This document shows, in pieces, positions 26,347-37,900 of a DNA stretch of 64,000 nt. The translations under genes and the position numbers were made by a program. The DNA is from Daphnia carinata (taxonomy: Eukaryota): assembly GCF_022539665.2 (NCBI RefSeq), contig NC_081333.1, positions 1,612,001 through 1,676,000 of the forward strand, read 5' to 3'. The notes below the pieces were generated by a model. It had not been told where the DNA came from, searched no databases, and saw only the letters and a list, made by a program, of their open reading frames with translations. Position 1 is the stretch's first letter. Every line of letters starts with the position of its first letter.

Positions 26347-28020
26347 TTCGTCTTCGTCTTCGCCTCATCGCCGTCTCCGCCTTCGCCTCATCGCTGTCTT
26401 CCCTTCGTCTTCGCCTTCGCCTCATCGCCGTCTTATCCTTCGTCTTCGCCTTCGCCTCATCGCCGTCTTATCCTTCGTCTTCGCCTTCGCCTCATCGCCG
26501 TCTTATCCTTCGTCTTCGCCTTCGCCTCATCGCCGTCTTATCCTTCGTCTTCGCCTTCGCCTCATCGCCGTCTTATCCTTCGTCTTCGCCTTCGCCTCAT
26601 CGCCGTCTTCGCCTCATCGCCGACTTCGCCTTCGTTTTCGCCTCATCGCCGACTTCGCCTTGGTTTTCGCCTCATCGCCGACTTCGCCTTCGTCTTCGCC
26701 TCATCGCCGTCATCGCCGACTTCGCCTTCGTCTTCGCCTCATCGCCGTCATCGCCGACGTTCGCCTTCGCCTCATCGCCGTCTTCGCCTTCGCCTTCGTC
26801 TTCGCCTCATCGCCGTCTTCGCCTTCGCCTTCGTCTTCGCCTCATCGCCGTCTTCGCCTTCGCCTTCGTCTTCGCCTCATCGCCGTCTTCGCCTTCGCCT
26901 CATCGCCTTCGCCTCATCGCCGTCTTCGCCATCGTCTTCGCCTTCGCCTCATCGCCGTCTTCGCCTCATCGCCGTCTTCGCCATCGTCTTCGCCTCATCG
27001 CCGTCTTCGCCATCGTCTTCGCCTCATCGCCGTCTTCGCCATCGTCTTCGCCTCATCGCCGTCTTCGCCATCGTCTTCGCCTCATCGCCGTCTTCGCCAT
27101 CGTCTTCGCCTCATCGCCGTCTTCGCCATCGTCTTCGCCTCATCGCCGTCTTCGCCATCGTCTTCGCCTCATCGCCGTCTTCGCCATCGTCTTCGCCTCA
27201 TCGCCGTCTTCGCCATCGTCTTCGCCTCATCGCCGTCTTCGCCATCGTCTTCGCCTCATCGCCGTCTTCGCCATCGTCTTCGCCTCATCGCCGTCTTCGC
27301 CATCGTCTTCGCCTCATCGCCGTCTTCGCCATCGTCTTCGCCTCATCGCCGTCTTCGCCTCATCGCCGTCTTCGCCTCATCGCCGTCTTCGCCTCAACGC
27401 CGTCTTCGCCTCATCGCCGTCTTCGCCTCAACGCCGTCTTCGCCTCATCGCCGTCTTCGCCTCAACGCCGTCTTCGCCTCATCGCCGTCTTCGCCTCATC
27501 GCCGTCTTCGCCTTCGTCTCATCGCCGTCTTCGCCTTCGCCTCATCGCCGTCTTCGCCTTCGCCTCATCGCCGTCTTCGCCTTCGCCTCATCGCCGTCTT
27601 CGCCTTCGCCTCATCGCCGTCTTCGCCTTCGCCTTCGCCTTCGTCTTCGCCTTCGCCTTCGCCTTCGCCTTCGCCTTCGTCTTCGCCTTCGCCTTCGCCT
27701 TCGTCTTCGCCTCATCGCCGTCTTCGCCTTCGCCTTCGTCTTCGCCTCATCGCCGTCTTCGCCTTCGCCTTCGTCTTCGCCTCATCGCCGTCTTCGCCTT
27801 CGCCTTCGCCTTCGTCTTCGCCTCATCGCCGTCTTCGCCTTCGCCTTCGTCTTCGCCTCATCGCCTCATCGCCGTCTTCGCCTCATCGCCGTCTTCGCCT
27901 TCGTCTTCGCCTCATCGCCGTCTTCGCCTTCGCATTGGTTTCTTCGCGTCTTCGTGTTCGCCATGGTCTCTTCGCCGTTTTCGCCTTCGCCGTCTTCGCT
28001 TTCATCTCATCGCCATCGCC
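26347..28020. repeat. CpG-rich compound minisatellite (about 1.7 kb)
   Basis: Built from CTTCGC/CTTCGT/CATCGT hexamers plus an 11-mer CTCATCGCCGT, giving 17, 23, 29 and 35-bp units arranged in blocks. Confidence 0.97.
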
Positions 28021-28149
28021 TGTGACCCACAAATGGTAAAAACGGATCCAGGAAAAAACTTGCGACGATCGAGCGTGACTTCGTCTTGGAACTTCCCGGG
28101 TACTTTCTTGTTTTATATTTTTGTATGTTGTGTTGTATTGTATAGTTAA

Positions 28150-28483
28150 CACGTTGGCTGCCACCCCGTTTGCTCCCATTTTTTTTGTAGGTTGTAGGGA
28201 ACCGGGCGCTGTTCCTCCCCATGGCCATGGGGGGAACAGTCGCCAGTGCGCCTAAAGGCCTTGTGCCTTTAGGCGCACGTAAGGCAATGCACCAGTAGGG
28301 ACTTCTCTTTTTCGGTACGGTGATAGAAAGCCTGGGGTGTGCATTCCCGGAATGGCCTCTATCACCGTGCCAGCCCGGACTTGTCTTCGGACAAGTCCCC
28401 CCTTGGTCGGGATCCTTCAGACGCGACGAGTAGATAATGTAGTTAAAGCAACCTACGGGTTGCGTGGCTTGGCAGCCAACGTG
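28150..28483. mobile_element. Non-autonomous TTAA-targeting (piggyBac-type) MITE-like element, 334 bp
   Basis: Perfect 14-bp TIRs CACGTTGGCTGCCA (28150-28163) and TGGCAGCCAACGTG (28470-28483). TTAA lies on both sides (28146-28149, 28484-28487). There is a subterminal inverted pair GTAGGTTG/CAACCTAC. The GC-rich body interrupts a TG-rich tract that continues on both flanks. Confidence 0.75.
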
Positions 28484-29127
28484 TTAACTAGTTGTGTGTT
28501 TGTGTACTTATGTATTTATGTATGTATACGTGTATGTATGTAAAAGATGTACTTGTAATATGTGAAAAGTGGCGGAATTGTAGGGTGGAGGAGGGATAAT
28601 AAAAACCAATTTTTTAAATTTACCTTTTCATGCGTATTTATTTATCATAAGGCTTATTCAAAATCATAACATTTAGATTACACTTTCAACTAACCTGTTT
28701 CACTTAAACATTTTGGATCAATGATGAATTTTTTTTTTTTTACATCTTCATTATTAGACTTCATTTTTACTGATGAAAGGAAAACAAAAACTGAATTTAA
28801 GAACCTTTACAGTGAATATTTCTTTTTACTGTATGCCAAACAAAATTATTTAAGAAAGAAAACAATTCTTCATTACCACCTGGTAGCACTGTGAAGGAAA
28901 TTAACTAATTTCTGCTTTAACTTTCCACATTCCATTGAACGGAAGAAATGACAAACCAAACACAAGAATGATATTTGTTATATTTTATTTACAATGAAAC
29001 CAAATCTTCGTCCCACCTTAAGGATATCTACGGTACATTCCTTTTGTCCTGGAAGGTTCCCATGGCCAACACAGCATAATAAGTTCGTCCTGGAGACCTG
29101 CAAGTACAATGAAATATTCAGTACAGT

Positions 29128-29587
29128 TAACAATAAATAGCGAAAGATCCTATAAAGATATGAAAGAATCTTGGGAACTAAGAGGGTGGAAAATATTTAA
29201 CGGGATGATTACTTTCCTAAAAGGAAATGTTTTGCAAGGCTGGCAAGCAAGATTGGCTGCAATTTGGTTTACAAATAGGGAATGCATGCTGGAAATCAAA
29301 GAAGAATTGGGTAAAGGTTATCCATTAATAATGTGCAATGTGTGGTTTAAAACTAACAACTAACAATAAATAGCGAAAGATCCTACAAAGATATGAAAGA
29401 ATCTTGAGAACTAAGAGGGTGGAAAATATTTAACGGGATGATAACTTTCCTAAAAGAAAATGTTTTGCAAAGCTGGCAAGCAAGATTGGCTGCAATGTGG
29501 TTTAGAAATAGGGAATGCATGCTGGAAATCAAAGAAGAATTGAGTAAAGGTTATCCGTTAATAATGTGAAACGCGTGGTTTAAAACT
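29128..29587. repeat. Tandem duplication, period 233 bp, two copies
   Basis: TAACAATAAATAGCGAAAGATCCTA...GTGGTTTAAAACT at 29128-29354 and 29361-29587, with scattered substitutions. Confidence 0.93.
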
Positions 29588-30116
29588 TCTTTCAAAATCA
29601 ATTTAACCCATGATATCTATAAGAAATTTTTATGACCTGCTTTAATGTGCAAACCTTAGATAATTAGACAAAAAACGAAAAATTTATGTTAAGTCTGTGT
29701 AAAAACTAACCTAAAATTTAAGGAAAACGAGACAGAAATGTTCGTGAATGACCTCCACTACTTCTACCTTTCTTGTCGACGCCATGCCAAATGACAAAGC
29801 TGTCTGTACCATGACATTGATAGGCAGTCGATGATCTCTCCCCTAGATGTCTCAAAAATACGACTTAATAATAAAAGAATGAAGAATTTTAAGCTCCATA
29901 GATGACGTGGCTGCTCATACCTTTGAACATTTCGGCTGCGCTAGCGCTGTAGCGTACTGTCGCGCTAGCATTATGTCAAATATTCGGTGTATTTCAAAAA
30001 TGATTAAATTAATGCAAAAAAATAACAATTTTCCCGGAATTAGCATTCAATTTTTAGTAAATTCTATGATATTCAACCAATTCTGATGAGTGTTAGTTTT
30101 TGCAGAAAAAAATTTT

Positions 30117-30154
30117 AAGCCCGACTAAACAAGCCCGACTAAATAATCCCGACT
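30117..30154. repeat. 14-bp tandem repeat, about 2.7 copies
   Basis: AAGCCCGACTAAAC AAGCCCGACTAAAT AATCCCGACT. Confidence 0.75.
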
Positions 30155-30973
30155 TTTCTTAAATGTTCGCTTCGTTTTTTACGTTTAATTAAAAACCGAT
30201 AAGGCCAATTGAAAAATAAATTTGATTTCCGTGATAAGCATTCAATTCTGAACCGAAATCATTTATTTTAAGCGAAATTTAAAATTTAGCCAAAAATGAA
30301 AAAAGTGCAAAGGCCTTACCACTTTTGTCGAAATCGGCCAAAAATGACATCTCTTGGAATTCGATGAAAATCACACAGTATAATCGAAATTTTACGCTGA
30401 TTCAGAAAAAGCCACTCATTTTCTTGTCAACTTAGTCGTTTTTGAATTACACCGAATATCCGTGCAAAATATAAGAAAATTGCAACATACGGCAATGGTG
30501 CACCGAAATTTGTTGATGAGATCAGTGTTATCGGTGTTGTCTGCTTAATGGTTTTTTTTATGTTGTCTTGTTAGTGAGTAAGCAAGCCCTATTTATAGAT
30601 TCTCCATGATTAGCTAGGACGCGACCATCCTTTCTGTACTTTTTTTTTCGTGCTAGTGAAAGTTCAGATAAATATTCTGGTAAATTTAGAGCTAAGCTCG
30701 GTTTTCCGATGTTCAATAAGTTTTCATCGCCGTCGATGAACACAGTACATTGTCGTCCAATTTTCTACTCGTGTAGGTCTACAAAACAATAAAATGAAAT
30801 TTGTAGTACGCTAATTGACCAATGCATTCAAAGAAAATGTTAGTTTTGCTGTGTTTACCTATTTGGTAGAATATTCTCATAAAGGATTCCATTTGTACTC
30901 CCATAGCTGCACAGGCCTTAAAACTAGAATAGCACAGTATTGGTCCCATTTGTCTCTGTGAGTTGTCACAAAA

Positions 30974-31608
30974 ATGGGTGACTGCTGTGAAGAAGTAGTG
31001 CAATTTGATCTCTTAGGTACCCCAAGTTTCATAGATTTTTCGTGAGTTCTTCCTAATGGGCATCCTTCTTCTAGACTCCTCAATTCAAAAAATTGTGAAC
31101 AAAGCTAAAGCAGTTAGAGAGAGGGCATATTGTCCATATAGCAAATTTTCAGTTGGAGCTGCACTACTTTGTGAAGATGGAGCAATAATTGATGGCTGCA
31201 ATGTTGAAAATGTTTCATATGGCTTGACAATATGTGCAGAACGGTCTGCCATTTGCAAAGCTATCTCTCAAGGGCAAAAAATTTTCAAAAGTATAGCGAT
31301 TTGTGCTGAGATGAAAGAAAAATTTGTTGGTCCCTGTGGAGCCTGCCGTCAGGTAAATGTCAAAGGCATTTTAAAAGTCTTAGTTGATTGGAAAACAAAG
31401 ATTACATTCAAATACCTCCAATTGCAACAGATAATTGGGAAGATTTAATATTTATGATGTGTTTTGTGTTCATTCCTAGGTGCTAGCTGAATTCAGTTTG
31501 GATATGGACATCTATTTGTGTAAGCCTAACAATGAAATTGTAAAGACCACGGTGGGGAAACTTCTGCCGCTTTCATTCAACCCAAATTGGGTGTCATTTT
31601 CTTCGTGA
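30974..31608 (+). CDS. CDA: Cytidine deaminase, paralogue 2; exons 30974-31016, 31075-31352, 31480-31608
   Basis: Same exon lengths and intron phases as paralogue 1. Contains AYCPYSKFSVGAA, NVENVSYGLTICAER, PCGACRQVLAEF and LLPLSFNPNWVSFSS-stop. Confidence 0.94.
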
Positions 31609-31961
31609 ATCGGTAAAAAAAAACATTAGTATCTCTGTTCATGTTTTTCGATAATAAGTAACATGTTGTAGATTCATTATGCTTAGTGGTTCTGTGCAAT
31701 AAAGTCACATCAACTAACCAATTTTATTCCCGCAAAATTACGGTTGTCTCGCACTGATGAAGGGTACTGAACCTGCAAACAAAGCAAAAAGATGAGAGAA
31801 AAAAAAGTTTAAGGAATGACAATGTATTCCCTTTTTTTCCAACTTCAACAATTAACTATTAAAGGAATTTTGAAAAATAAGGATTCCAACTGAATCCCAT
31901 AAACGCACGAAGCAAAATCGCCCGTAAACGGTCAAACCTGATTTCCTTTTTGTCGCAGTAT

Positions 31962-34900
31962 TCACCAAAACGGACACCTAAAGAAATTTGATCTTTATCA
32001 ACATCCGAAAAACTCCTTAAGCTCGGCTTACCAGCCTATGTAGCACTGGCATAAATTTTCATGAGAAGTCGCTTGTTGAATAAGCAACTCTACTTGTCGG
32101 TCTATACCTAAAGTTCCTTCAGTTTCATTAGGGAAATCACGCCCAGTTAACTTGTCACGGACACGGCTAACAATAGCCAGAGCTCGTTTGTTTAGTATTT
32201 CCGGTTGAGGTCCGTCATTGGCAGTAGCTAAAAAACGTTGGGTGAAATAGAAAGACAAGTTTAATAATGGCAATATGAAAAAAACATAAGTTATAAATAC
32301 CTTCTGTTATGTCATTTTTACTTCTACTGATGGCCGCATTCAACACACTGCTGGAATTTGCTGCTGCATTTGCAGTTATTTCCATGCTATCCCCCACATC
32401 ACCCTGCATTTTCAAAACTGTTTTAAATGTACCTAAAAGATAAGCTTACGTCAGCAACCATGTACCTGGGCACTATTATTTGACGAAGATTCATGTCTGC
32501 TTTTTGACCGTCGGGTGGTTTTCGTATTTGCAACATTATCTACAACCTGAAGAAAAAGTAAAGCGTTAAGTAATTGTTATTTTGCGCCAGTACATGAATG
32601 AATACCAGTCTCCAATTTAAGAGAGGATCGTAGACAAAAGCTTCCAATACAGCCATTAAACTGTCTTTGTTTCCTCGGAGGACAGCCATTACAGATTCGC
32701 AAGTGCTTCGGTAAGTTCCTTCAATTCCGGTCACCTTAATAAGAGTAGATTAATACATTTTGTTATTATTTATTAAGTGCAACTGAAAGTATGGTTTGAG
32801 TTACTACCTCCATTGCGTTGACTAGCATGCGGGTCAACCGGAAAGGAATTTTTTCCGGGAACTTCTCTCGAGTCATGGCAACTTCGAAGCAGTCACCGAA
32901 GTCTATATGAAGTATCTTGCCACTTAAACGATCTAACATCAGATTGGATGGATGACGGTCACCCAACCCGAGAATATATCCAACCATCGACATAACAGCT
33001 AGGGATCTTTTGAAGATGGAAATAAAATAGTCATAAAAACGGTTTTTAATTACTTAGATTATGACAACGAGATGAACCTTGTATAGTTAGTTCTTCTATC
33101 AAACCAGACTTCCGAGGATGGAGACCGTAGCCACAAAATTTTGGCCAAATCATCGCCTTGTGTATGCTCAAGGGCGTGTTCAAACACTTCCACCTTTTGC
33201 ATAAGCGATAAGTGATCATAGTCGGGAGCCATCTGTGAAGCAAGGCAAACGGGTTGACGTTAAACGTACAAGAAAAGGATAAAACAAAGGTACAATGCGT
33301 TATCTTATCAAGTAACTTACTCGTAGCATTATGCGGTGTTCAATATTAAGAAGAATTTTTTTTTTCTCCCTATAGTCACGAATCAGTGAATGCAAGGTGT
33401 CACAATGTGGAACCCATCCAATTAAACCACTGTTTGTGGACAAGGGAATCACTGCATATCTCTGTATGGATACAAAAACGGAGAAAACGTGAACAAGCGA
33501 ATTAATTATTATTTTCTATCATACGGGAACATACCTGAATGGTGAGATTCCGACGGAAGGTCTCCGGATCATGAATTAGTAGCGTGTTAACTAAGCTGAA
33601 AAGTTGCATGACTCTCTCATCTTGTCGAAGATCTTCGTGGCCTTTCAAAAGAAACATGTACTCTTTGCCGTTACTACCAGTGATGCACAGTTTCCTAGGC
33701 CTCTGTTTAGAAGTGATAACCTGCAGCGAACTGTTAACTTGCGATATTCTGATTACGGGCTGATTGGGTACATAACTTCCCGGGATCGCCAGTTCAAGAT
33801 CTCTGAAAACGGAATGAGAAATGAGCACACTCAGTTATCACTGGGTAGTATCCAAACAATAATAATACCGGCACAAAAGCAATTTTGGTGAAACATATTG
33901 AAGTTCCAAGCTCGTCAACTGAGGCAGTTGTCTGGAAATACGCCGGAAAACGTGATAATACAAATCCCATGCTTGATTTAGATCTCGAACGTTCAGTGAA
34001 GTCTTGTACCGACGACACCAGTCTTGAGCTTCTAACAACTCCCGTCCGTAAGCCTAGCAAAAATAACAATGAAAAGAGGATATAAGAAGCCAAAACTACG
34101 CACTAGTTAACCTAACGGAAAGTTATTTATTAACCTGATGAAAAGATGTTTCTTTAAGGGTTTGTGGTCCTCGCTCTAGCATTGCGTGAAGTGGTTCCAG
34201 CGTTGCAAACATACCTGTGACATTCCGCTCACCAAAATAGAGCCGAGAAGCTTCCTCTAGCCCTTCATGCCACAATTCGTGCCATAATATGGCTACGCGG
34301 ATCAATTCTTCACTGACCTACGTTTACAACGAATACGTTTTTAATCTAGCAGAAAATTATGTTTCACCTACAAAGGAGTACACGTACCATTACAGCCTGT
34401 TGCACGAGAACGGGACTATGTTCACACATGTTCTTCAAGATTTTGTTCGCAGCGTTATGTCTGGCTTGTAAGGCTGATTTAGAAGCCACTGTCAACGGAT
34501 AAATCAGGGCCTGTTAAAATAACAAAACAAAACAAAAAAGGTAAACAACCTAGGTACTTGAATGACAAGTGGAACACCTGAGGATGAGCTTTTCCAATAT
34601 CCATCAAGAGCTGATGAATGAGTCTGCCAACTAGTTGTCGTTGCGTATCAATACGAGCAATGAGCTGAGGAATCACTTGTAACCAAGTGTTGACATCAAT
34701 TGTCCTTACACCCTCCACCAGCGCTTCATACACCTCAGGCCAATGTCCATAATCAAACCAAAGAGTCAATAGACGAAGAGTATCCTGAAGTGAACTTCCG
34801 TGTGATAACGCAATCGAACGGAAAAATCCCTGGACAGCGGGCACCGTGTAAGACGAAACGTGTTGAGCGGTCTGCAAAAATAATAACAATAATTAATCAT

Positions 34901-37900
34901 TTAATAAGAAGTTGTAACCGAATTTTATTTGTACCAGTCCACCGCTTGCACTAACATCTCCCATCAACGTATGATTAGCTGAAGTATTTTGCCCTTGATG
35001 CTTGTAAAATAACACTGCTTCAAAATTCATGTAGGCCCAGGAATGCCATGCCTTGTACCTGATGAACGAAATATTTACTAGGAACTTTTAATAAACATTG
35101 CAAAAATTTACCAAGTTGAGTCATGTTCTGTAGCTGCAGCGTAGTACTGAAGAACAGCAGGAATCGACAGTTCATTGATACCTTGGAGGCATTCCTGCCA
35201 CTGACCAAGTCGTAAGTAACACCTGAAAACGGTATGGAGATGCAGCAAACGTAATGGATTTTACGCTTACATTTGTATAGTTTTAGTTATACCTGGCCAG
35301 TAGTTTCCCCAATTCAACTTGCCGGTCTGGTTCCTCTGGCGTGGACACAGGGGTGGTCGAAATAGACGACAGTGATTGCGGCTGCAATGAGGCTTGTACA
35401 AAATGGTGTAACTGCCTACATACCTAAGCATGAGAGAATTACTGTTCAACATAAAACAAAAACCTAGAGCAAATTACCTGAAAGCTTGTTCTTTTTGGTT
35501 TGACATCCAAAGATGTTTTGAGTACGCATAAGTTACATGAGGATGTAACGTAGGCAATGGGTGGTCAGGATTCAACGAAGGATCAGTACCGAGCAAAGTC
35601 ACCAGGGTTTTATGTGAGAGTGCCTATGAAATTCGAACACAACCTTGAAGAACGAACGGATCAAACAATATTGAACAATACAATGAAATGCTTTACCAAA
35701 CGACCAGATTTACGACAAAGGGATGAATATTTTAACCAAGTACGCATATCTTCTTCAGGCGAGATAACCAGAGAATGCACTTGAATAATTTTTTGCCAAT
35801 CTTCTACAATTCTCTGACATCCCTGCAAGAAGGAAGTCGCATATTAGTAGCGAGCTTAAAACAAAATGCATGGACGAATGGAACGGTACCTGAAGGCGTT
35901 GCCACCATATTTTTCGAATAGGACCTCTTCTTTCCGGAAGAATTTTGTACTGAATGACTTCCTCTAGTTCAGCAAGCATCTGGACTAAGACCATTGCTCC
36001 ATAGGCACGCTGGTAGCTTTCGCCTGAAAGCGCCGTCAGTTCGGTGTCCAGAAGGTCACGTGCTGAGTCAATCAGTGTCTGAGCTTGGCTGTATTGCTCC
36101 CTGAAATAATAAATTTTAAAAATACACATTAATGCAAAGAGTACTTGTTTTACTAATCCCCATTCACCTACCTGTGAATTGCTAATACGGAACGATAAAA
36201 GGCACCATCCTGGGTTTCCTTCGGAATGAAGTTTACATATTCCTCCATGGCAGTCCATTTTCCGAGACCCCACGCAGCAGCGGCTGCCATGCGAGCAAAT
36301 CGGTTCTTAACATCGGCATTTACCTGAAACAGAAAACATTATCATTTCATTTTCTTATTCTGGTAGATGGGAGGGGTTACCTGTTTCCAATTTGCTTCAG
36401 CCAAAGTGTGTAGTTGTCCCCATTCACAAAGTGCTTCTAGGCATCGCATTTGGCCCAGTACTAATTCGGGTTCCTGTTGTTGTTGGTTAATTTCTTTTTT
36501 TCTATAGGCTTCCAATGCTCTTTCCCAATCGTGCAATTTCTCATGCCATCTCTCCTGAACTCGGATTTCACCTTCGTGCTTTTTCATCGCATATTCCAAC
36601 AGTCCGGCAGCTGCTTCCTTTTGTTGAAGTTTATTGTTGATTGATATAAGTGATTCCAAAACCTTAAGAAAAAAGAAGTTTAAATAATGCTTTTAGAAGT
36701 GATAACGAATGAATCGTGCCTGAGCAGTAGGCGATTCATGAAATTCGGCTTCTTTGTAGTGAAGAGCTTTGGCATAAGCTCTGCATTGCATCGCTCTTTG
36801 GCCCAGCAGCTTGGCATCTAAGGGTAAAGGACCTTTCTCACAATGCTCCATGAATTCCGCCAAATTGAGAATCGTTTGGGTAATTTCAGGAAGGTCTGGA
36901 ACGCGTAGCGCTTGTTCCAAGCTTTTCACCAATTCATTTTGATGTTGTTGACTTAGCTCAGTCCAACATGAAACAAATGCGGCGTTAAACAGGTCGCGCG
37001 GTAACTGTATGTAGCTTTGGCCTAATGCCCAGCAAGATCTGTGACAAAAAACGGCATGACTTTATATGTTCCCATAACTCCAAGCTTAGGGCTTACCTTA
37101 GAGGCGGAGACGGCGATTCCTTAAGCATTTCTGAACTTAACTTTCTAAGCCATTCCTGCCAATCGTCTTTTGACACTCGACGCGTTGCTGTCCAAGCTCG
37201 TTGTAAATTATTAGCGGCAACGTGTAACTTAACGAATGGAATTAAAAGTTAATTATTATGTGACACCCAACTTTACGGATGTGACAATAAAATGCTCACT
37301 CGTTTGACCGCAGTAGTATCTGATGATATCAACCCTTCTTTCGTTTTAGAATTTCCTCTTCGTTGGCGAGCTGCAGATAAATCTTCTTCGTCGACGGAAC
37401 CGCCACCCTGTTATTGGTGAGTCGGAAGTGAAAATAAAAACGCATTACAAAATCGTCCTCGTTGTCACACAGCGATAGTTTTTACTTACATGCAAAATTT
37501 TGGCAACTAACACATCATAACGTTGATGCTGAATTCGATGCCGATTCAGGACTTTTTGAACCATGGGTATGAATATTAAATACTTCTTGCCCAGTTGAGC
37601 CACTAAAGAAGCTAAGCATTCCATTGCAACTGGTCGAAGTTCACTGGTGTTCTCGATGCAACGAATAAGTGGTTGAATGATGCGAGAAGCAAAGTCGCTC
37701 AAGTCCAGCGTGTCACTGATGAGATCCACAGTTTCTAAGGCGGTACGTCGAACATTGATGTTGACGTCAATGGCGTCAAACAATTTAACAATTGGTGGTA
37801 GGAGGAGATGTAGGTAATCTTCTAAATTGCTTCCAAACTTCTGAACCGCTTGAAGCAATTTACCTATAACGAGAATGACCACAGTGAAGAAAACAATTTT

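Noticed and set aside
26347..28020. CRISPR-like array (29-35 bp periodicity)
   Set aside because: The units are contiguous with no unique spacers, there are no cas genes, and the context is eukaryotic.
26262..28039. 587-aa and 459-aa ORFs in the ORF track
   Set aside because: They arise because the pyrimidine-rich repeat strand cannot form stop codons. They have non-ATG starts, frame-cycling low-complexity translations and no domain.
28254..28265. AAAGGCCTTGTG resembles a stretch of the HCV IRES; hammerhead, HDV-like, twister and group I/II motifs were also considered for the MITE interior
   Set aside because: The match is short and embedded in a different palindrome. I could not assemble the required catalytic cores (e.g. 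CUGANGA/GAAA) in the right topology by eye.
32028..32045. mTOR apparently truncated at ...CYIGW-stop
   Set aside because: The stop lies in an intron (TG|GTAAGC). A final exon at 31977-31962 supplies CPFW-stop, so the FATC domain is complete.
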